Virus record (IMG/VR): IMGVR_UViG_3300037465_000326
Span: 1-42,042 of that record
Source of the DNA: a virus
Lineage: Duplodnaviria; Caudoviricetes
DNA length: 42,042 bases
Reading direction: 5' to 3' (one strand)
Positions 35,514 to 42,042 of this stretch are shown here, one piece after another. Every line of letters begins with the position of its first letter. Position 1 is the stretch's first letter. The notes under the pieces were generated by a model, which was not told the DNA's origin, did no database searches, and worked only from the letters and a program-made list of their open reading frames with translations. The translations under genes and the position numbers were made by a program.

Positions 35514-36892
35514 TACCCAAAAAGCGCATCGTTGAAACCGATCCGCCGCGACAGGACGGAATTGAGGCGCGCGTCGATCGTGCCGGCCGCGTAGAAGTCG
35601 CGTACGAACACCGGCCGGTCGCTGCCGAAGCGGTGGAATCTCTTGATCGCCTGCTCGTTCAGACCGGGTATCCAGGTCTTTTCGATCAAGCCGACCCGGT
35701 TGCAACACTGCAATCCGTCGAGCGCGGTCCCGGCAGCATGAATCTGAAGAATAATTGCGCGTATCCGACCGGCGCGGAACCGCTGCACTTGTTCGTGCCG
35801 ACGTGCCACCGGCACGTCGCCGCTAATAATCGCAGCAGCCATACCGGCATCGTTTATCGCCTTATATAGCTCCTCTGCCGCCGACCGATGCACGCAGATC
35901 AAGCCGATCCGCTGATACTCGCCGCGCGCCAATTCCTCGACAACCAAGGGCGCCACGGCCTTGGCCTTTTGCAGTCCCAACAGATGCAGAATGGACTTGA
36001 CTTCGTAGCGTTGCAGCAGCGCGTCCATGACCGGCTCGAAACCGCCCGGCTGCTTGAGCGCGTCGACCAGCATCGCCTCGCCGAGCTTGAACATCGACAC
36101 CAGTGCGTCCGTGTCGCTATCGATCCGATCGGGGAAATGCCGGCACAGCCATTCGGTGCTGACATCCTCTACTTCCAAAGGAACGGTCTCGACCGCGATC
36201 GGCGGTAATTCCGGCATGACGTCCTTCGCCGTCCGGCGCAGCATGAACGGCGCCAGCATCGCGTTCAATTCATCTTTGTTCTTCACACCGATCAGTTCTT
36301 CGTGCTCGAAGCTGCGCGAGCCGTACTTGCGGATCGAATGCTTCAAATCGCAGAATGTCGCGGTGAAAGATCGAAAATCCAGCCGCGTCTGCCCGGTCAC
36401 GAACAGGATCGGCCATAGCTGCCGGGGATCACCCCTCGGCGCCGGCGTCCCGCTCGCGAACCAAACTTTCTCCGCGCTGTGAACCAGGCCAGCCTCCCCT
36501 AGGACGTGCTTCGACCGCGCCGAGGTTGTAGACTGTAGATTGTGCGCCTCGTCGACGATAAGTATGTCCCACCGTTCCGAGCGCGTCCGCGATAGCGTAT
36601 CGCTACGTTGAAGCGCGTTGTAGGACAGACTCGAAATAACCGGCATCGAACACGGCTGGCCGTCGTATGACGTTAGACAGGGTGTAGCAAATCTCTGCAA
36701 CGCTGCACGCCATTGCGGGACTGCAACGGCGGGCGAAATCGTCAAGATTCGCTTGTGCCCCGCCGCCGCCGTCGCCAGTTGCGCCGTCTTCCCTAGGCCC
36801 ATCTCGTCCGCCAGGTAGGCGAACCGGCGGTTCCGCAGGAACTCTACGCCCTTCTGCTGGAATGGTCTCAATAGCGAGAACGCCACCGACAT
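35510..36892 (-). CDS. SNF2-family (SF2) helicase
   Basis: LADEMGLGKT, IVDEAH, SGTP, MLRR, QAIKRFHRFG. Confidence 0.92.
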   Translation of the reverse strand: MSVAFSLLRPFQQKGVEFLRNRRFAYLADEMGLGKTAQLATAAAGHKRILTISPAVAVPQWRAALQRFATPCLTSYDGQPCSMPVISSLSYNALQRSDTLSRTRSERWDILIVDEAHNLQSTTSARSKHVLGEAGLVHSAEKVWFASGTPAPRGDPRQLWPILFVTGQTRLDFRSFTATFCDLKHSIRKYGSRSFEHEELIGVKNKDELNAMLAPFMLRRTAKDVMPELPPIAVETVPLEVEDVSTEWLCRHFPDRIDSDTDALVSMFKLGEAMLVDALKQPGGFEPVMDALLQRYEVKSILHLLGLQKAKAVAPLVVEELARGEYQRIGLICVHRSAAEELYKAINDAGMAAAIISGDVPVARRHEQVQRFRAGRIRAIILQIHAAGTALDGLQCCNRVGLIEKTWIPGLNEQAIKRFHRFGSDRPVFVRDFYAAGTIDARLNSVLSRRIGFNDALFGY

Positions 36893-36930
36893 CGTTCGCC
36901 TCCAAAGCCGGCGTTACGCACACGCCCGGT

Positions 36931-37272
36931 TTAAGTTCGATCTTTCGCGTTCTTGGCCTCCGTCCTGAAACGATCGTCGATCGCGGTCCTGTCGTGCTGG
37001 TTCTGGATCACGAACGCGATACGGGACAGGGCGTGCGCCAGATGCGGAAGCCCGCTGTCGCGATCGTTGTCGAAGCCCTCCATGTACGCAACGATGTGGC
37101 GCAGCGCGCACGATATGTTGCGACTGACTTCCAGTCCCTTCCGATAGTTCTCGAAGTCGCCATATTTTTCGCAACCATACGCCTGAACCATCGCCAGCTC
37201 CCTGATCGCGGCCCACGGCAGTCTTGAAAGCGGCACCTTGCCTTCATCGTAGGTCAAAGCCTTGTCGGTCAT
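36931..37272 (-). CDS. dATP/dGTP diphosphohydrolase domain protein (DUF5664)
   Basis: YDEGK..LP...YGCEKYG..NY..G...ALRH...DSGLPHLAHA; ATGA coupling at 37272. Confidence 0.85.
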   Translation of the reverse strand: MTDKALTYDEGKVPLSRLPWAAIRELAMVQAYGCEKYGDFENYRKGLEVSRNISCALRHIVAYMEGFDNDRDSGLPHLAHALSRIAFVIQNQHDRTAIDDRFRTEAKNAKDRT

Positions 37273-37550
37273 GCCGGCAGTCCCTTGTGCAGTACGAGCT
37301 TGTACTTGTAATCCGACGTTCCGGCGGCCAAGTAAAGCCGACCTTCGGCCCCGATTTCGATCGGCGTACCGACGACACAACGCCAATCCATGTACGTATC
37401 GTAGGTGCGATTTTTATCCCGTGGAAGAACGCGGATGCGAACGCCGGTATCGGCATATGGAATCAACGCGATTATCTTGGCATGACCCAGTGGAACGTCC
37501 GTTCGGTTCGTTCGCGTCCCCGGCTTCAATTGTCTTTTGGGCTTCTCCAT
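37269..37550 (-). CDS. Hypothetical protein
   Basis: Abuts both neighbours in the operon. Confidence 0.6.
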   Translation of the reverse strand: MEKPKRQLKPGTRTNRTDVPLGHAKIIALIPYADTGVRIRVLPRDKNRTYDTYMDWRCVVGTPIEIGAEGRLYLAAGTSDYKYKLVLHKGLPA

Positions 37551-37877
37551 TCATCCCTCGGCGCCGGGAATGCCGCGGTGCATCGCCTCGGCGGTGATCG
37601 GCGCCGGCTTGCCCCTGTCCGCGGCGACGAGCTTCGGATCGCGTGGCGGCGCGGCGTAATCCATGCCCATCCCGCCGGCTGCGTGTTCCAGGTATTGATA
37701 GACATTGGCGACCGTGGCGGCACTTGTATCGCTACCGTCGCCAAGGCGCGTTGCGCTGGTCGCGATCACGACATGCTGCTGTTCGACCAGCAGAGCCAGG
37801 CGCAGAACTTCGGTGCGAAGCCAATCGAGATTGTCCGTCGTCATGACGGAACGCTGGTATTCGGAACGTGTCTGCAT
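37551..37877 (-). CDS. Hypothetical protein
   Basis: GGAGG upstream of ATG 37877; fills the operon gap. Confidence 0.6.
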   Translation of the reverse strand: MQTRSEYQRSVMTTDNLDWLRTEVLRLALLVEQQHVVIATSATRLGDGSDTSAATVANVYQYLEHAAGGMGMDYAAPPRDPKLVAADRGKPAPITAEAMHRGIPGAEG

Positions 37878-37878
37878 C

Positions 37879-38454
37879 TTAGCCTCCGTCGGTTTTGGAT
37901 CGAGCAAAAGCGAAACTCGAACCGTAAGCCGCTATCAGCGCGGCCTCGGCGACACCATCGTCGCCTTTTGTGGACCAAAAATGCTTGAAGCGCGGAAATA
38001 GCAGGCTGGCACGCTCCAAACTGTCGCCCTTGTGAGACGTGCAGCCCATGGCCTGTTTCCATACGCCGGGACTTACCTCGGTGAAGGGCAGACCGTGAAC
38101 GCCGCACATTGCATAACACACGCCCACGGTCGTGCCAAACGAAAACATGGACGTGACGCCCTGGCCGGGACGCGCGTGGACATGCTCGATGAACACATGC
38201 AGAATCGTCGAGGCGTATAGCTCAAACCATGCGCCGAGCGCATAGACATCGATCTCGCGACGCCGCGACACGAACTTGCGATCCGTCGTTACCGTGTAGG
38301 TCGGCATACGGATCGCCGTCAGCGTCGAGAGCACTGGATTATAGAGCGCGAGGCCGCCATCCATGCCGGGATCGATCCCGAGGAAACTGTGACGGCCATC
38401 GGCATTCAGCATATCCAGCTTCAGGACCGGAACATCGATGCGAGTACGCGCCAT
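37879..38454 (-). CDS. RuvC-like Holliday junction resolvase
   Basis: LGIDPG, FIEHV, PGQGVTSMFSFG, VSPGVWK, DGVAEAALIA. Confidence 0.9.
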   Translation of the reverse strand: MARTRIDVPVLKLDMLNADGRHSFLGIDPGMDGGLALYNPVLSTLTAIRMPTYTVTTDRKFVSRRREIDVYALGAWFELYASTILHVFIEHVHARPGQGVTSMFSFGTTVGVCYAMCGVHGLPFTEVSPGVWKQAMGCTSHKGDSLERASLLFPRFKHFWSTKGDDGVAEAALIAAYGSSFAFARSKTDGG

Positions 38455-38455
38455 G

Positions 38456-38944
38456 CTATTGCCCGACATACCTGTAGCCGCGGCCCCAATGGTTCTCGAT
38501 CGCATGGCCGCGGCGGCGCAGGCGATATACGGCTTGGCGTACGCCCATCTCGACGCATTCCGGTTCTTGATCCGGATTGGGCCACATTGCGTCGATGAGC
38601 TCCCGTTCCGCCAGGACAGTGCCAGGACGCGACTTGAATACGGACAGCAGCCGCTCGCTGTGGGGTCCGTAGCGCCCATGATCCGGCGGCGGAACGCTCC
38701 ACTTCGCGTCGCGCGACAGGCTGTAGCCGGAATACTTGCCGAACGGCACCCTGTGGCAATACAGGGCCGTGCCGTTTTTGCGTAGTTTCGCGACAAGGTT
38801 CCTGACGATCTGGCGTGGATTGTTCGGCCGCTTTCTTGGCGCCGGCCAGCCTATCTCGACCAATTCCGGCACCGAGTGTATGCGGCCAGGGTCGGCGCAC
38901 AGAGCTTGGAGGATCAACTTGCCGCACGTGTCGGTGTAGATCAT
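38456..38944 (-). CDS. Tandem winged-helix (OmpR/Trans_reg_C-like) DNA-binding protein
   Basis: Two units (LVAKLRK...GYSL and VYRLRRR..IENHWGRGYR); no receiver domain. Confidence 0.75.
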   Translation of the reverse strand: MIYTDTCGKLILQALCADPGRIHSVPELVEIGWPAPRKRPNNPRQIVRNLVAKLRKNGTALYCHRVPFGKYSGYSLSRDAKWSVPPPDHGRYGPHSERLLSVFKSRPGTVLAERELIDAMWPNPDQEPECVEMGVRQAVYRLRRRGHAIENHWGRGYRYVGQ

Positions 38945-38978
38945 GCTTTCGCCTCGATCGCCGCCGGCTGGCGCATCG

Positions 38979-39353
38979 TCAAAAACTCCGAATGCTGCGG
39001 TGTTTCGATGTCAAGCCCAGCTGGTCGACGAATCCAAACAAATACGTCTCGCCGTCCTTCGGATTCTTGCGCGCCTCGGTCGTGAGAGGGCCGAACTTTC
39101 CGCCGGCGCGCTTCATCGCATTCAGCGCGCGGTTGATCGCTTCCAGTGCGACATCGCGCTTGACCGGCTGGCGCTGCGAATCGGACAGGCGCACGACCAG
39201 GCCAATGCGGGTGCGACCGGCTCCGCGACTGCGGACCAGCTTGACCGGAATACTGATTGGATCGTCTTTTATGGCATCCTCGGTGCGTCCGTGTAGCGAG
39301 AAATCCGGCGTCGTGTCGCGAAAAGGAACGGAACGTGGCGGTCTTGGCATCAT
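38979..39353 (-). CDS. Hypothetical protein
   Basis: GGAGG RBS upstream; in the operon. Confidence 0.55.
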   Translation of the reverse strand: MMPRPPRSVPFRDTTPDFSLHGRTEDAIKDDPISIPVKLVRSRGAGRTRIGLVVRLSDSQRQPVKRDVALEAINRALNAMKRAGGKFGPLTTEARKNPKDGETYLFGFVDQLGLTSKHRSIRSF

Positions 39354-39361
39354 AACATCAA

Positions 39362-39628
39362 TCAGCCTCCAGTAACGATCGAAAGATCGTCGCTCGTAAG
39401 ATTTACACCGCGACGCCGAGCCGTGTCCAGCACTTCCTTCAGCCGGAAGTTAGGGATCATGCCTCCTGTGCCGCGAGGCGTCGGATAGGTCCACCGATAT
39501 ATAGTGGCCAGAGTGATGGTCGTATAGCCGGCCATGTGCATGGCATGGAGCATCTGGCGCGGTCCGCCAAAACGAGCGATCACGCGGCCGGCTTGAGTGG
39601 ACGTGTCAAGCGTCGGAGCGCGAGGCAT
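39362..39628 (-). CDS. Cro-like HTH regulator
   Basis: VIARFGG...TIYRW...GTGGMIP pattern; GAGG RBS. Confidence 0.7.
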   Translation of the reverse strand: MPRAPTLDTSTQAGRVIARFGGPRQMLHAMHMAGYTTITLATIYRWTYPTPRGTGGMIPNFRLKEVLDTARRRGVNLTSDDLSIVTGG

Positions 39629-39806
39629 TGGCTTCCTCTTTCTTAACACGACAAGTTTCACACCCACATGGCTTGTTCCAGTCCGTTAAATTCCTGGAGA
39701 CATGCCGCCCATTCGGACCGAAGCCGGTTGTCGGACGCCACCACGTCGACTTGTAGCCTTTCGGAAATGGAGATCCAAGCTTCACAGGTTTGATATGCTT
39801 CGCCAT
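39606..39806 (-). CDS. Small hypothetical protein with CxCxxC
   Basis: AGGAGG RBS. Confidence 0.6.
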   Translation of the reverse strand: MAKHIKPVKLGSPFPKGYKSTWWRPTTGFGPNGRHVSRNLTDWNKPCGCETCRVKKEEANASRSDA

Positions 39807-39827
39807 AACGATTTCCCTCCTTCCTAC

Positions 39828-39935
39828 CTACAATAAGACCAGCGCCAGCGCGCCGGCGGAAACGCCGAGAACGTAGTCGACGGCCACAGCGATCGCGATC
39901 GCTATGACCAGGGACTCGATGAGCCATACTAGCAT
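39828..39935 (-). CDS. 35-aa hydrophobic membrane peptide
   Basis: MLVWLIESLVIAIAIAVAVDYVLGVSAGALALVLL; starts right after the upstream stop. Confidence 0.5.
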   Translation of the reverse strand: MLVWLIESLVIAIAIAVAVDYVLGVSAGALALVLL

Positions 39936-39936
39936 G

Positions 39937-40491
39937 TCAGCTAACCCCCAAATCCGCCAGCCGGCCGAAGATCGACGCGGCGACGCGATCGTATTCCCCT
40001 TGCGCCGCCTCGGCGGCGCGATCGTATTCCGCCCTGGCCGACGCGACGGCGCGATCGTATTTCGCCCTGGCCGACGCGACGGCGCGATCATATTCCGCCC
40101 TGGCCGACGCGGCGGCGCGCCGGTACTCCGTCCAGGCCAGCGTGGCGGCGCGATCATAGTCTCGCCACGCAGCCTCGAAGGCGCGACCGTATTCCGCCTT
40201 GGCCGACGCGATGGCGCGCTTATATTTTTTCCACGCCGGCGCGCGGACGCGCTCATATTTCGCCTCGACCGGCGCAATGATGCGCCTATATTCCGCCAGC
40301 GCCGACGCGGGTAACAGCCTGATCGCCGCCCAATTCCATTCGAAATCTTTCGCGTGCTGGATACAGAGGGCCTCGGTGACGGCGACGCCGCCGTCACCGA
40401 AAAGCTGCTGGAACTTTTCCACCTGATCTGTACAAGCGCCGAGGCGGCGCAGCATATCGAGTGTTACGATCACGATTGCCTCCGGTGTCAA
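39937..40491 (-). CDS. Helical 11-residue-repeat protein, paralog A1
   Basis: LRRLGAC N-terminus; YDRAVASARAE repeats; GAGG plus TTG start. Confidence 0.75.
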   Translation of the reverse strand: MTPEAIVIVTLDMLRRLGACTDQVEKFQQLFGDGGVAVTEALCIQHAKDFEWNWAAIRLLPASALAEYRRIIAPVEAKYERVRAPAWKKYKRAIASAKAEYGRAFEAAWRDYDRAATLAWTEYRRAAASARAEYDRAVASARAKYDRAVASARAEYDRAAEAAQGEYDRVAASIFGRLADLGVS

Positions 40492-40524
40492 ATCCTCTAC
40501 GTGGGCTCCGCGCCATCGGCGCGG

Positions 40525-41181
40525 CTACGCGACCGAGGTCCCGGCGATCGACGCGAGCGCCATCGCCTCCAGCCGCTCGTTTTGCTTGCCTCTAGCTGTA
40601 GTCCAGGCGGTATCTCCGACAGCAATCCAAGCGGCGGCCATGGCGGCAGCCTCGGCGGCAGCCTCGGCGGCAGCCTCGGCGGCAGCTCGGGCAGCAGACC
40701 AGGCGGCAGCCCTGGCGGCGGCCCTGGCGGCGGCCCTGGCGGCGTCACTGGCGGCGGCCCTGGCGGCGTCACTGGCGGCGGCCCAGGCGGCATCACTGGC
40801 GGCAGTCCTGAGGTTTTCGTCGCCGGTCTCTAGATATTCGCGCACGACGGCGGGCGCTTCTTGCCACAGGTGAATTACGTCGAGCGCACACCGCCTCGCG
40901 AATGCGCGTAGCAGTATCTCGCCGTCGATGACGGCGAGATAGGTCCGCTTGGTCGCGCAGGATTTGTCCACGCCGCGGACGATCTCGCCGCCGAGCCTGA
41001 CACGGCAGATGACGGAGCCAGGCGCGTATTGCAGTGCGTCCAGAATCCGCTCGGATGCGTGCAGTCCGGCCTCGCATAGCACTGGCCTACATGCGACTCG
41101 GTGCGTCACGCCGGTCTCGATCGCTCGGCCGTCGCCGTAGCGCAGTTTGCGATCGTCGGGCGCAAAATACCAGCCTATCAT
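40525..41181 (-). CDS. Ala-rich repeat protein, paralog B1
   Basis: CEAGLHAS...ICRVRLGG N-terminal domain; FARRCALDV..W then AAW/AAR/AAE tetrapeptide repeats; GGAGG RBS. Confidence 0.8.
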   Translation of the reverse strand: MIGWYFAPDDRKLRYGDGRAIETGVTHRVACRPVLCEAGLHASERILDALQYAPGSVICRVRLGGEIVRGVDKSCATKRTYLAVIDGEILLRAFARRCALDVIHLWQEAPAVVREYLETGDENLRTAASDAAWAAASDAARAAASDAARAAARAAARAAAWSAARAAAEAAAEAAAEAAAMAAAWIAVGDTAWTTARGKQNERLEAMALASIAGTSVA

Positions 41182-41199
41182 TCGATGCCTCCATGTGGC

Positions 41200-41646
41200 T
41201 CAGCAGAGCTCTGCTAACGCGCCGAAGATCGACGCGAGGCCGCGCCGGTACCTCGCTTTGGCCGGCGCGATGACGCGCCTTTTCCTCTCCAGCGCCATCG
41301 CGCACGCGCAGTCGTATTCCGCCTTGGCCGTCGCGCACGCGCGATCGTGTGCCTCCCAGGCCGGCGCGACGGCACGCTGGTACTCCACCAGCGCCGTCGC
41401 GCACACGCGATCGTACCTTGCCCTGATCGCCGCGCGGTCGCGCTCGTACTCCGCCAGCGCCGGCGCGGGCAACAGGTTCCGCGCCGCCCAATTCCATTCG
41501 AAATCCTCCGCGTGTCGCACACAGAGGGCCTCGGTGACGGCGACGCGCTCGCCGAACAGCCGCTCGAATTTCGCTACCTGATCTGCGCAAGCGCCGAGGC
41601 GGCGCAGCATATCGAGTGTTACGATCACGATTGCCTCCGGTGTCAA
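41200..41646 (-). CDS. Helical 11-residue-repeat protein, paralog A2
   Basis: First 20 residues identical to A1; repeat region diverged and shorter. Confidence 0.75.
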   Translation of the reverse strand: MTPEAIVIVTLDMLRRLGACADQVAKFERLFGERVAVTEALCVRHAEDFEWNWAARNLLPAPALAEYERDRAAIRARYDRVCATALVEYQRAVAPAWEAHDRACATAKAEYDCACAMALERKRRVIAPAKARYRRGLASIFGALAELC

Positions 41647-41679
41647 ATCCTCTACGTGGGCTCCGCGCCATCGGCGCGG

Positions 41680-42042
41680 CTACGCGACCGAGGTCCCGGC
41701 GATCGACGCGAGTGCCATCGCTTTCAACTGCTCGTTTTGCTTGCCTCTGGCTATAGTCCAGACGATATCTCCGACAGCAATCCAAGCGGCGTCCGTGGCG
41801 GCAGCCTCGGCGGCAGCCTCGGCGGCAGCTCGGGCAACAGACCAGGCGGCGCCCCTGGCGGCGGCCCTGGCGGCGGTCCAGGCGGCGGCCCTGGCGGCAT
41901 CCCACGCGACGGCCTTGGCGGCGGCCCAGGCGGCATCACTGGCGGCAGTCCTGAGGTTTTCGTCGCCGGTCTCTAGATATTCGCGCACGACGGCGGGCGC
42001 TTCTTGCCACAGGTGAATTACGTCGAGCGCACACCGCCTCGC
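41680..42042 (-). CDS. Ala-rich repeat protein, paralog B2 (5' end truncated by the window edge)
   Basis: C-terminal half nearly identical to B1; frame open to the window end. Confidence 0.75.
   Translation of the reverse strand, partial: ARRCALDVIHLWQEAPAVVREYLETGDENLRTAASDAAWAAAKAVAWDAARAAAWTAARAAARGAAWSVARAAAEAAAEAAATDAAWIAVGDIVWTIARGKQNEQLKAMALASIAGTSVA

Larger units (their letters stand above)
39960..42042. repeat. Tandem duplication of a two-gene cassette (offset ~1.15 kb)
   Basis: 40421-40899 aligns with 41576-42042; the offset is 1155 before and 1143 after the 12-bp repeat tract. Confidence 0.92.

Noticed and set aside
30437-37272. Z-genome (2-aminoadenine) system
   Set aside because: DUF5664 and PolA are present but no PurZ or DatZ is visible; the window is incomplete, so this is unsupported rather than excluded.
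39937-42042. Diversity-generating retroelement (TR/VR pair), suggested by the BPP-1-like head genes and near-identical repeats
   Set aside because: No reverse transcriptase in the window. Differences are not confined to adenines of one copy (both C/T and G/A changes, in both directions), and both copies are coding.

Overview
This window is most of a dsDNA tailed-phage genome with podovirus architecture. The head and tail genes resemble BPP-1/T7, and the replication module is PolA + DUF2815 SSB + DUF2800 nuclease + SNF2 helicase + prim-pol. The + strand (380-26752) carries terminases, portal, scaffold, capsid, a ~6.3 kb inserted block of probable virion proteins with a glycosyltransferase-like and a SAM-methyltransferase gene, tail tube/nozzle, ejection proteins, tail fibre, a metallophosphoesterase and a lysis cassette. 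The - strand (26749-42042) carries a cytosine methyltransferase that appears to be encoded in two overlapping frames, replication genes, GapR, a RuvC-like resolvase, regulators and a tandemly duplicated two-gene cassette in which the window ends. GapR, spanins and the form of the dif-like site point to an alphaproteobacterial host (inference). No integrase, tRNA, CRISPR array or reverse transcriptase is visible. The main leads are a XerCD dif-like site between terS and terL, the glycosyl/methyl-transferase block in the structural operon, the dual-frame methyltransferase, a structured capsid leader RNA and a symmetric iteron region at the left end. All protein calls come from motif recognition and synteny by eye; no database search was run.
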